Shown in pieces: positions 11,851-19,456 of a stretch of 64,000 bases of DNA. The notes under the pieces are model-generated. The model was not told where the DNA came from and searched no databases. It saw only the letters and a program-made list of their open reading frames with translations. Position 1 is the stretch's first letter, and every line of letters starts with the position of its first letter. Origin of the DNA: Clostridiaceae bacterium (GTDB lineage Bacteria; Bacillota; Clostridia; Saccharofermentanales; UBA5734); the NCBI GenBank assembly GCA_012523135.1, contig JAAYJD010000142.1:27294-91293 (forward strand), given 5' to 3'. Made by a program: the position numbers and the translations under genes.

Positions 11851-12741
11851 TTGAAATTGTCCAGGATACGCCGCAGTCCTGAATGTGCCCTAGAAAGGCT
11901 TAAACCAAACGAAAAGCCAGTGGTCAAACTGGTTGTCTGCGACATCGACGGTACGCTGATCGATGACGCAGGCCGGATCCCGGCCCGGAATCTCCGGGCC
12001 TTTGCCGAACTGAGGCGGCAGAACATTCCCTATACCCTGGCGACCGGACGCATGGACCGGATGGCCCGGGTTTATGTTCAGCAGCTCGATGTCCAGGTAC
12101 CCATCATCGCCTGCAACGGCGCGATCATCCGCGACTGTGCGACCGATGAAGTGCTGGCGCGCCAGGCGCTCGATCCGGCAGACGCGGCAGCGATCGTCGC
12201 CTGGATGCGTGAGCACGGCCTGGATTTTCTCTGCTACAGCGCCGATGACGTGTATTATCCCGCCGGCAGCCAGCGCATCGAACGCTTCAGGGAATTCAAC
12301 CTGGCGATGCAGCAGACCGGCCAGCAGCCGATTCAGCTTTGTCCGCTGCAGCAGGTGCCGACGGACACATTCTTGCGCAGCCTGGTCAAGATCCTGGCGG
12401 TTGTACCGGATGCCCGGACCCTGGCATGCGTTCGCGCCATGCTGGCCGAAAAGACTCACTGCAGCGGGTTGCTTTCCGGTCCGTCCTTTCTCGACATCCA
12501 GGATACCTCGGCCACGAAGGGCCATGCCCTGCGCGAACTGACGGCGATGCTGCAGATCCCGCTGGCGCAGACCATGGTGCTCGGCGACCACGACAACGAT
12601 GTGGCCATGCTGGAAATCGCCGGCATCGGGGTCGCCATGGCCGGGGCCTCCCAGCCAGCGCTGGCTGCCGCCCATTACCGGGCCCGTGCGCACCACGCGT
12701 CTGGTGTCGCCCAGGCGCTCTCCTGCCTGGCCTTGGCATAA
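11851..12741 (+). CDS. Cof-type HAD-IIB phosphatase
   Basis: It has VCDIDGTL, ATGR and a C-terminal GDHDNDVAML. The start is uncertain: TTG 11851 or 11857 behind GAGGTG, or GTG 11920, which would give MVKLVVCDIDG. Confidence 0.85.
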   Translation: MKLSRIRRSPECALERLKPNEKPVVKLVVCDIDGTLIDDAGRIPARNLRAFAELRRQNIPYTLATGRMDRMARVYVQQLDVQVPIIACNGAIIRDCATDEVLARQALDPADAAAIVAWMREHGLDFLCYSADDVYYPAGSQRIERFREFNLAMQQTGQQPIQLCPLQQVPTDTFLRSLVKILAVVPDARTLACVRAMLAEKTHCSGLLSGPSFLDIQDTSATKGHALRELTAMLQIPLAQTMVLGDHDNDVAMLEIAGIGVAMAGASQPALAAAHYRARAHHASGVAQALSCLALA

Positions 12742-12862
12742 AATGTTTCTTATCTGCGCATTTTGGCCTCGACCCTATTACGGGCCAGCTTCGGAACAGG
12801 CACAATAGGATCTGTACAGGACCGGTGAAGCACGGCAAAAAGCCGGAAAGGAATCCTGACAG

Positions 12863-13516
12863 ATGATCAACGGGGCATTCTACTATCCTGGCAGCCTGCC
12901 GGAATCCGGCACCAGCCTGACCGGCCAGCTGCAGTTCACAGTTGTTGTCAACGATAAGGAGATGCTCGACCAGCTGAATCGCCTGATGATCCGGCAGGGC
13001 TATGCAGGTGTCATGGATACGGCCGGACGGTTGCACTACCTTGTGGACGGCCGCAAAGGCATGCCGTACGCGTCGCGCAAAATTCTCGAGGCGACGGGGC
13101 GCATGATCAAAGACCAGTGCGACAACGCCCGCCCGCTGCAGGCCAGCATCGGGCACAACGTCGACAAGGTCCTGATGGCGAACGGCATCCGCCCTGAACT
13201 CAAGGGTTACCGCTACATTCGCTGCATGCTGCTGTTGATCGGCCTGGACGAGACCCGGATCAAGCCGGTCACCAAAGTTCTTTATCCCGATATCGCCAAC
13301 CATTTCCATGTCAAGGCCAGCCAGGTCGAACGCGATGTGCGCTATGCCCTGCAGGAGACCCGCCTGCATCGCAGCGGCCTGACGACGACCGCCTGCCTGT
13401 GCCGGTTGCACCAGCAGCTGGTTCAGGCCGTCGAGCACGATCAGTTATCTGAGATCGGGCAGACAAGAAAAACCCCCCGGCAGAACGAAAGCGCCGAAGG
13501 GTCTCTCGACCATTAG
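12863..13516 (+). CDS. Spo0A C-terminal (DNA-binding) domain protein without receiver domain
   Basis: The segment [12 protein letters not shown]...[28 protein letters not shown] matches the Spo0A-C HTH block (B. subtilis [27 protein letters not shown], from memory). The N-terminal 110 aa have no REC motifs. Confidence 0.75.
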   Translation: [217 protein letters not shown]

Positions 13517-13559
13517 GTTTCAGGATCGAACAGGTGGCTCACCTGCGGCATGAAGAGGG

Positions 13560-13835
13560 TCAGACGTTGACTTTGTCTTTCAGGCCTTTGCCAGCCTTGA
13601 AAACCGGAGCCTTGGACGCCGGAATCTTGATCTCTTCTTTCGTGCTGGGGTTGCGGCCTTTGCGCGCAGCACGCTTGCGGACTTCGAACGTGCCAAAACC
13701 AACCAGAACAACCTTTTCGTCTTTCGTCAGGGCGTCCGTGATGGTATCGAGCATAGCAGTGATGGCGCCTTCGCTGTCTTTCTTGCTAAGCTTGGTTGCC
13801 TTGGCAACGGCATCAACCAAATCTGTCTTATTCAT
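13560..13835 (-). CDS. hup: HU family DNA-binding protein
   Basis: [11 protein letters not shown]...[38 protein letters not shown]. Confidence 0.95.
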   Translation of the reverse strand: MNKTDLVDAVAKATKLSKKDSEGAITAMLDTITDALTKDEKVVLVGFGTFEVRKRAARKGRNPSTKEEIKIPASKAPVFKAGKGLKDKVNV

Positions 13836-13870
13836 GAATAGGGCCTCCTTTGGGCGTTATTTCAAACAAT

Positions 13871-13900
13871 ATTATGATACCAACGCGCGCCAAGTGTCAA
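13871..13900 (-). promoter_or_regulatory. hup promoter
   Basis: On the minus strand, TTGACA is at 13900-13895, followed by an 18-nt spacer and CATAAT at 13876-13871. Confidence 0.5.
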
Positions 13901-14065
13901 GCGTATAATGCTTGAAATGCCGAAAATAAGGCCAGATCAGGAAATTATGGCTGTTTTGACGGACAACGGGTGCTGCTGTAAGATGGTTGAAGAGTAAAAA
14001 CGAGCTACGGACCGGCTGCGCCGTCGCCGCAGACCAAGATCCGGGCCGGTAAAAGAGGGACGAGC

Positions 14066-14908
14066 ATGAGGGAAATCAGCGTTGATCTCATTCGTGACAG
14101 CGTGGCCAGGCTATGCCAGGACGCCAACATCCTGCTGCCGCCGGATATCCAGGCGGCCTTGCGCGAGGCGGTGAAACAGGAGACGTCGCCGGCCGGGCTT
14201 GCGGTTCTGGAGGACCTGCTGGAAAACGCCGCCCTGGCAGGCAAAATGCACCTGCCGATCTGCCAGGACACTGGCATGGCGGTGGTCTTTGCCGATATTG
14301 GCCAGGAGGTGCACATCACGGGCGGCTGGTTTGAGGATGCCGTCCGGCTAGGTGTCGCAGACGGCTACACCAGCGGCTACCTGCGGCCGTCCGTGGTGTC
14401 GGATCCGCTTTTGCGCCAGAACACCGGTGACAACACGCCGCCGGTGATCCATACCCGCATTGTACCGGGTGACCAGCTGCACCTGACGGTCGCCCCCAAG
14501 GGGTTTGGCAGTGAAAACATGAGCGCCACCCGCCTGCTCAGCCCTTCAGAGGGCCGCGACGGCATCCGTCGCTTCGTGCTGGAAACCGTGGAGAAAGCAG
14601 GCCCCAATCCTTGCCCGCCGGTCGTGATCGGGATCGGCCTGGGCGGTACGCTGGAAAAAGCGGCCTTGCTGGCCAAGCAGGCCCTGCTTCTGCCGGCTCA
14701 GTCGGTCAACGAGCAGGCGCATCTGGCGGACCTGGAACGCGACCTGCTCCAGGCCGTCAACCGCCTTGGCATCGGGCCGGGAGGGCTGGGCGGCCGGGTG
14801 ACGGCTCTGGCGCTGCACATCCTGGCCTGGCCGACACACATTGCCGGCCTGCCGGTTGTGCTCAACATGAGCTGCCATGCCACCCGACATGCCGAAGCAA
14901 CTCTTTGA
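14066..14908 (+). CDS. Fe-S hydro-lyase (class I fumarate hydratase / tartrate dehydratase), alpha subunit
   Basis: It has the PICQDTGMAVVF motif and the typical 280-aa alpha-subunit length, and is followed by the beta subunit. Confidence 0.9.
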   Translation: MREISVDLIRDSVARLCQDANILLPPDIQAALREAVKQETSPAGLAVLEDLLENAALAGKMHLPICQDTGMAVVFADIGQEVHITGGWFEDAVRLGVADGYTSGYLRPSVVSDPLLRQNTGDNTPPVIHTRIVPGDQLHLTVAPKGFGSENMSATRLLSPSEGRDGIRRFVLETVEKAGPNPCPPVVIGIGLGGTLEKAALLAKQALLLPAQSVNEQAHLADLERDLLQAVNRLGIGPGGLGGRVTALALHILAWPTHIAGLPVVLNMSCHATRHAEATL

Positions 14909-14924
14909 AACGAGGTTGACAAAA

Positions 14925-15482
14925 ATGGAGCGTCGCCACATCGATCTGCCCCTGGGCGATCTAGCCGCCCGCAGCCTGAAGGCCGGTGATCTGCTCGCCT
15001 TGAGCGGACCGCTTTTCACGGCCCGGGACGCCGCGCACAAGCGGCTGACCGAGGCGCTCGAGCAGGGACTGCCGCTGCCGGTCGCCCTGCAAGGCCAGAC
15101 CATCTACTATGCCGGTCCCTGCCCGGCTCCGCCCGGCCAGGTGATCGGGTCGGTCGGGCCGACGACCAGCGGGCGCATGGATGCCTATACCCCGCTGCTG
15201 CTGCAGCACGGCCTGCGGATCATGATCGGGAAGGGACAGCGCAGTCCGGCTGTGATCGCAGCGATGCGATTACACGGAGCGGTCTATCTCGGTGCGACCG
15301 GAGGCGCCGGGGCCCTGCTGTCACAGCATGTCCGGTCAGCGGAGGTGGTCGCGTATCCGGATCTGGGTCCTGAAGCGATCCGCCGACTCGTCGTCGTCGA
15401 TTTTCCCGTCATTGTCCTGATCGACAGCCAGGGCAACAGCTTGTATCAAAGCGGTCCTGCCCGCTACCGGCTCGAGGGGTGA
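14925..15482 (+). CDS. Fe-S hydro-lyase, beta subunit
   Basis: It shows GPLFTARDAAHKRL and GPTTSGRMD...MIGKG. The start is trimmed to the ATG at 14925 behind a GAGG. Confidence 0.9.
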   Translation: MERRHIDLPLGDLAARSLKAGDLLALSGPLFTARDAAHKRLTEALEQGLPLPVALQGQTIYYAGPCPAPPGQVIGSVGPTTSGRMDAYTPLLLQHGLRIMIGKGQRSPAVIAAMRLHGAVYLGATGGAGALLSQHVRSAEVVAYPDLGPEAIRRLVVVDFPVIVLIDSQGNSLYQSGPARYRLEG

Positions 15483-15488
15483 ACAGGT

Positions 15489-16586
15489 TCAGTCACCCGG
15501 TTCGTGGCGCTTGAGATAGGCCAGGTAGGCCAGCCAGTCGCTGCGGCTGAAAAAATGGCTGCCCGGCCGAAGGTGGTAGCCGATGTCGCCTTCGTGCAGC
15601 CAGGTGTTCGGTTCGGGGAACCGGTCTGGTGTGACGAGACCGGCATAGCCCAGCATCCGGTAGGCTTCGCTGGCGGCCAGGCAGGATAAAAATTCGGATT
15701 GCGGGTCCGCACCGACATCCAGCGCGGCGCTGCCGACACAGATGCGGCGCGGCGCGATACAGGCCAGCAGGTCATGCTGGTCAAAGGGCAGCTCGTTTTC
15801 CCGGCCCAGATAGGTTGTGAAGCGGGGACAGAACCAGTCGGAGCTGCCGCAGCGGATAAAGTCGCTGACTTTTTCGCCATGCCCGCGGCTGGCGATGGCG
15901 GCGCCGGCAAAGCCGGAGTTGTTGGCGATGACCGAACTGAACCGTTCGTCCTGGGCCGCGCACCACAGCGCGGTTTTGCCCAGCCGCGAATGGCCGGCGA
16001 CGCTGACCCGGCTATGGTCTATTTCCGGCATCTTCAGCAGGTCGTCCAGCACGCGGCTGGCCGCGAACGCCCACTGGCCGATCCGGCCCCAGGCGTCAGC
16101 CGGCCGCGTTGCCGCGTCCAGGTAGCAGGCGCCGAGCCCCTGGCTGAAATCGCCGTTATGGCGATCCGGGGACACGTCCTGGTAATCGAAGAACGCCAGG
16201 GCGAAACCGTTGTCGACGATCTCCTCAACCGGCATGTAGCGGTCGGGCATCGACGGCCGGAACGCGATGTGCACGATCAGGGGAGCCGGTTTGTCCAGTT
16301 TGGGCAAGAAGAGATGGTACGGGAAGGAAAAGCCGCCATGGGGCGTGGCGAAGCGCAGCAGGATCTGGCGGGTGATTGCCTTGCCGGCCAGATCGTGTTC
16401 GTCTTGACGCAGAAGCTGGCTTTCGACGCCGTCCGGTGCCGGTGGTGTGACGCCGTAGATGTGCGTCTGCAATCGTTCGAGCAGCTCTTGCCGGCGCTGT
16501 GGCCAGCGGTCCGGCGAACAAGGCTGCTGGTCGTTCATCCGTAACAGCAGCGGCAACTGCCGCTCGTCCAGTGCTTGCTGCAACAT
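15489..16586 (-). CDS. alpha/beta hydrolase, CE15 glucuronoyl-esterase-like
   Basis: It carries the GHSRLGK nucleophile motif and an N-terminal W..RR.ELL....IYG block typical of bacterial CE15 enzymes. Confidence 0.7.
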   Translation of the reverse strand: MLQQALDERQLPLLLRMNDQQPCSPDRWPQRRQELLERLQTHIYGVTPPAPDGVESQLLRQDEHDLAGKAITRQILLRFATPHGGFSFPYHLFLPKLDKPAPLIVHIAFRPSMPDRYMPVEEIVDNGFALAFFDYQDVSPDRHNGDFSQGLGACYLDAATRPADAWGRIGQWAFAASRVLDDLLKMPEIDHSRVSVAGHSRLGKTALWCAAQDERFSSVIANNSGFAGAAIASRGHGEKVSDFIRCGSSDWFCPRFTTYLGRENELPFDQHDLLACIAPRRICVGSAALDVGADPQSEFLSCLAASEAYRMLGYAGLVTPDRFPEPNTWLHEGDIGYHLRPGSHFFSRSDWLAYLAYLKRHEPGD

Positions 16587-16744
16587 GGCTGTTTCCCCCT
16601 GTGTTTTGTTTTCATCTTAGGCGATGCCTGTCGGCTTGTCCAGACGGATCAGGCAAAACAGCGGGCAGGGAAGTATTACAGGCGGCAAACCCGTATAATA
16701 TGATCAGGATTGGTTTTGCGCATGCTGCCGAAAGAGGTGTTATC

Positions 16745-17791
16745 ATGGCCCAGATACCGGAAAAACCATGTCGCGTTATTGTCGCCGGGTGTGGCAACAT
16801 GGCCCATGCCTGGATCCGCGATGCTTTGCAACGGGCGGATTGCCGCCTGGTCGGTCTGGTGGACCTGAACCGGGAAGCCGCGCGTGCCATGGCGGATAAA
16901 TACCATTTGCCGGATGCGGTCATCGGGCAGGACCTGGCTGAGGTTTTGCGTCAGACGAGGGCCAGCCTGGTCTTTAACCTGGCTATCCCAGCTGCGCACC
17001 GCTCGATTGCCCTGACCGCTTTTGCTGCTGGCTGCGCCGTCATGAGCGAGAAGCCGCTTGCCGCCAGCCTGGCGGAGGCAGACGAGATGATCCAGGCAGC
17101 CCGCACAGCCGGCGTGTCCTTCAGCATCATGCAAAACCGGCGTTTCCTCAAGCAGATCCGGGCCTTTCGCCAGCTGATCGCTAGCGGAACCATCGGCCAA
17201 CCCGGCGCCATCAACGCCGACTTTTACCTGGGGCCGCATTTCGGCGGTTTCCGTGACCTGATGGACAGCCCGCTTTTGCTGGATATGGCCATCCATACTT
17301 TCGACCAGGCACGCTTCATCCTGCGTGCCGATGCCCAGTCGGTCACCTGCCACGAGTTCAATCCGCCGGGATCCTGGTACCAAGGCAACGCGTCGGCGAT
17401 TGCCATCTTCACCATGAGCGACGGCAGTGTGTTCTGCTATCGTGGGTCGTGGTGCTCGATCGGCTGTCCGACCAGTTGGGAGGCCGACTGGCGGGGCAGC
17501 CGCAGCCAAGGCACGGCCGTGTGGGATGGGCGCGTGATGCCCTGTGCGGATCTTCTTAAGCCCACGCCGGCCGGTCAAAGCGCTGCCTTTATACCGGAGG
17601 TGGTCCGGGTCGAAACGCCGGTCGTCTGGACCGGACGGGAAGGGCACGACGGCTGCCTGGATGAGCTTTTCGACGCGCTCCTGTCCGGACGCCCGGCAGA
17701 AACAGATGCCGCTGACAACCGCAACAGCCTGGCGATGGTGATGGCGGCGATAGAGAGTGCCCGGACCGGGACACGCGTCAGGATCGACTGA
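16745..17791 (+). CDS. Gfo/Idh/MocA family oxidoreductase
   Basis: It has a Rossmann N-terminus (RVIVAGCGNMAHAW) and the EKP motif (MSEKPLA). The start is trimmed to MAQIPEK. Confidence 0.85.
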   Translation: MAQIPEKPCRVIVAGCGNMAHAWIRDALQRADCRLVGLVDLNREAARAMADKYHLPDAVIGQDLAEVLRQTRASLVFNLAIPAAHRSIALTAFAAGCAVMSEKPLAASLAEADEMIQAARTAGVSFSIMQNRRFLKQIRAFRQLIASGTIGQPGAINADFYLGPHFGGFRDLMDSPLLLDMAIHTFDQARFILRADAQSVTCHEFNPPGSWYQGNASAIAIFTMSDGSVFCYRGSWCSIGCPTSWEADWRGSRSQGTAVWDGRVMPCADLLKPTPAGQSAAFIPEVVRVETPVVWTGREGHDGCLDELFDALLSGRPAETDAADNRNSLAMVMAAIESARTGTRVRID

Positions 17792-17822
17792 AACAGACGC
17801 ACGAGATGAGGAGGGGACCCCA

Positions 17823-18725
17823 ATGAATCAACCAGTAAACACCAACCTGATTCGCATCGGCACCTTGCTGGGCGGCAAAGACGCCCCGCGCATCATTCCC
17901 CAGGTGATCGACTACGGCTTTGAGTCCTTTGAGTTGACATTCTGGCAGACCACGGGCGGCCTTGACCTGTTTGAGCTGGCCAAGCGGGTCCGAGAAGCCA
18001 TTGGCGACCGGGACATCGTCATATCGGGACTGGGTGTCTTTGGCAACGTCTTGACAGGACACGGTGACAACGCCGATGCCCTGGCCAGCTGGGAGCGCTG
18101 CATCGACGCGGCTCCGGCATTTGGCACCGATCTTGTGGCCGGCTTTACCGGCCGGATCGTCGACCAGCCGATCAACGCTTCGATACCCAGGTTCAGGCAG
18201 GTGTTCGGCGAACTGAGCCGGCGGGCTGCGGACAACGGTGTCCGCCTGGCCTTTGAGAACTGCGATATGGGCGGAACCTGGGAACGGGGTGACTGGAACA
18301 TCGCCCACAACCCAACCGCCTGGGAGATGATGTTTGACGCCGTACCCGCCGACAACCTAGGCCTCGAATGGGAACCGTGCCATCAGATGGTCAGCCTGAT
18401 CGATCCGATTCCTCAGTTGCGCCGCTGGGCCCCGCGGATTTTTCATGTTCACGGTAAAGACGCCACCATTGCCTGGGACATTGTACGCGAAAAAGGGATA
18501 CACGGTCCGGACGAATTTGTCTGGCACAGAACTCCGGGATTTGGCGACAGCAACTGGCGCGACATCATCACGATCCTGCGCCAGCACCAATATCCGGGCA
18601 CGATCGACATCGAAGGCTTTCATGATCCGGTTTATCGCGACGAACTGGAATGGACCGGCCAAGTCAGCGGGCTTCACTACCTCAAGGCCTGCCGCGGCGG
18701 TGATTTTGTGTTGAATCCACGTTGA
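17823..18725 (+). CDS. sugar phosphate isomerase/epimerase (xylose-isomerase-like TIM barrel)
   Basis: Pattern ...LAFENC...HVHGKD...IDIEGFHD... The start is trimmed to MNQPV behind GAGGAGGGG. Confidence 0.8.
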   Translation: MNQPVNTNLIRIGTLLGGKDAPRIIPQVIDYGFESFELTFWQTTGGLDLFELAKRVREAIGDRDIVISGLGVFGNVLTGHGDNADALASWERCIDAAPAFGTDLVAGFTGRIVDQPINASIPRFRQVFGELSRRAADNGVRLAFENCDMGGTWERGDWNIAHNPTAWEMMFDAVPADNLGLEWEPCHQMVSLIDPIPQLRRWAPRIFHVHGKDATIAWDIVREKGIHGPDEFVWHRTPGFGDSNWRDIITILRQHQYPGTIDIEGFHDPVYRDELEWTGQVSGLHYLKACRGGDFVLNPR

Positions 18726-18776
18726 GAAAGCAGCACACGAATACCCCTGAACACCCCTGATATCCATGCGCATTGC

Positions 18777-18808
18777 TTGACAACCACCTGAGCTTCGATT
18801 AGTATAAT
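18777..18808 (+). promoter_or_regulatory. promoter for tRNA-Thr
   Basis: TTGACA at 18777-18782, a 17-nt spacer, then TAGTAT at 18800-18805 overlapping TATAAT at 18803-18808. This lies about 15 nt before the tRNA. Confidence 0.55.
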
Positions 18809-18820
18809 CAATGCATTCGT

Positions 18821-18896
18821 GCCTGTGTAGCTCAGTTGGTAGAGCAGCTGATTTGTAATCAGCAGGTCAGGGGTTCGAGTCCGTTCACAGGCTCCA
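18821..18896 (+). tRNA. tRNA-Thr (anticodon UGU), CCA encoded
   Basis: Hand-folded cloverleaf: acceptor GCCTGTG/CACAGGC, D-arm GCTC/GAGC, anticodon stem GCTGA/TCAGC, loop TT-TGT-AA, T-loop TTCGAGT, discriminator T, CCA. The T-stem AGGGG/CCGTT has one G-G mismatch (51-63). Confidence 0.85.
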
Positions 18897-18902
18897 AAAA
18901 GG

Positions 18903-18940
18903 GCTACACGTTTGATACAATCGTGTAGCTCTTTGATTTC
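18903..18940 (+). terminator. hairpin plus U-rich tail after the tRNA
   Basis: GCTACACG at 18903-18910 pairs with CGTGTAGC at 18922-18929, followed by TCTTTGATTTC. Confidence 0.5.
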
Positions 18941-19010
18941 AGGGGCTTTCGGGGTTTGTGTGGTCAGATTCGAACGTAATTAACGGGTGAAAACTGTGGA
19001 TTTGGACACG

Positions 19011-19043
19011 AATCGTGAAATGATGCACACACCTGGGGCAAAT
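19011..19043. repeat. left copy of an imperfect direct repeat flanking the ThrRS cassette
   Basis: AATCGTGAAATGATGCACACACCTGGGGCAAAT matches 21042-21074 at 26 of 33 positions. Confidence 0.6.
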
Positions 19044-19054
19044 TTTTACTTAGG

Positions 19055-19080
19055 GTACACCTATCGCGTACACCTATCGC
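19055..19080. repeat. perfect tandem duplication, 2 x 13 nt
   Basis: GTACACCTATCGC GTACACCTATCGC, followed by GT. Confidence 0.9.
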
Positions 19081-19083
19081 GTG

Positions 19084-19112
19084 TTGTCGGAATGTGCAGA
19101 TTATGTTAGAAT
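19084..19112 (+). promoter_or_regulatory. promoter of the ThrRS cassette (extended -10)
   Basis: TTGTCG at 19084-19089, a 17-nt spacer, then TGT-TAGAAT at 19104-19112. Confidence 0.5.
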
Positions 19113-19118
19113 ATTCAA

Positions 19119-19315
19119 AACGCTTTCGAGGAAACGAGAGAAAAACCATTATGCTTTGTCAACTTTGTTACACCACCACTACCATGCAGAGTTAGCATTT
19201 GTTGTTCGCCACAGCGCCAATGACATGTGTTAGCTCTAAAAGTCGTTGGTGGGTGGAGTAAAGGCTTATTTTACACCTTATCAACGATGGTTCGATAAGG
19301 TGTTTTTTATTTTTC
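19119..19315 (+). promoter_or_regulatory. candidate T-box-type transcription-attenuation leader (Thr)
   Basis: It has an AGAGA-like box (19136-19140), ACC codons (19145-19147 and the CACCACCACTACC run) and GGGTGGAGTA (19251-19260; canonical GGGUGGNACC). An alternative helix, TCGTTG 19243-19248 with CAACGA 19282-19287 plus AAGG/CCTT, competes with the terminator stem. Confidence 0.4.
19273..19315 (+). terminator. intrinsic terminator inside the ThrRS leader
   Basis: ACACCTTATC at 19273-19282 pairs with GATAAGGTGT at 19294-19303, followed by TTTTTTATTTTT. Confidence 0.75.
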
Positions 19316-19456
19316 TGAAAGGGGGTGGTTGCCCTGATTACAGCAATGTACTCATATTGTTCGCGCCAAAAATTCGTGAATAGATTTTTGGCTATGGGCA
19401 TCGTTACCGTTTGCTCTCCGACAATCTCTTAATAAACAATAAGGAGAGTATATTGT

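Noticed and set aside
11319-12026. The upstream 236 codons of the 318-aa minus-strand ORF 11070-12026.
   Set aside because: Its composition is Arg/Gln/His-rich and it overlaps the plus-strand membrane-protein gene and the Cof phosphatase start. Only the last 82 codons look like a real protein.
19055-19080. The tandem 13-mer as a possible mini-CRISPR or other array.
   Set aside because: There are only two directly abutting copies with no spacers, and no cas genes anywhere in the window.
19321-19391. A second T-box-like box (GGGGTGGTTGCCC) plus the hairpin GCCAAAAAT...ATTTTTGGC as a tandem T-box.
   Set aside because: The hairpin has no U-tract and I could not build a convincing antiterminator/terminator pair. 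It is kept only as a remark inside the leader finding.
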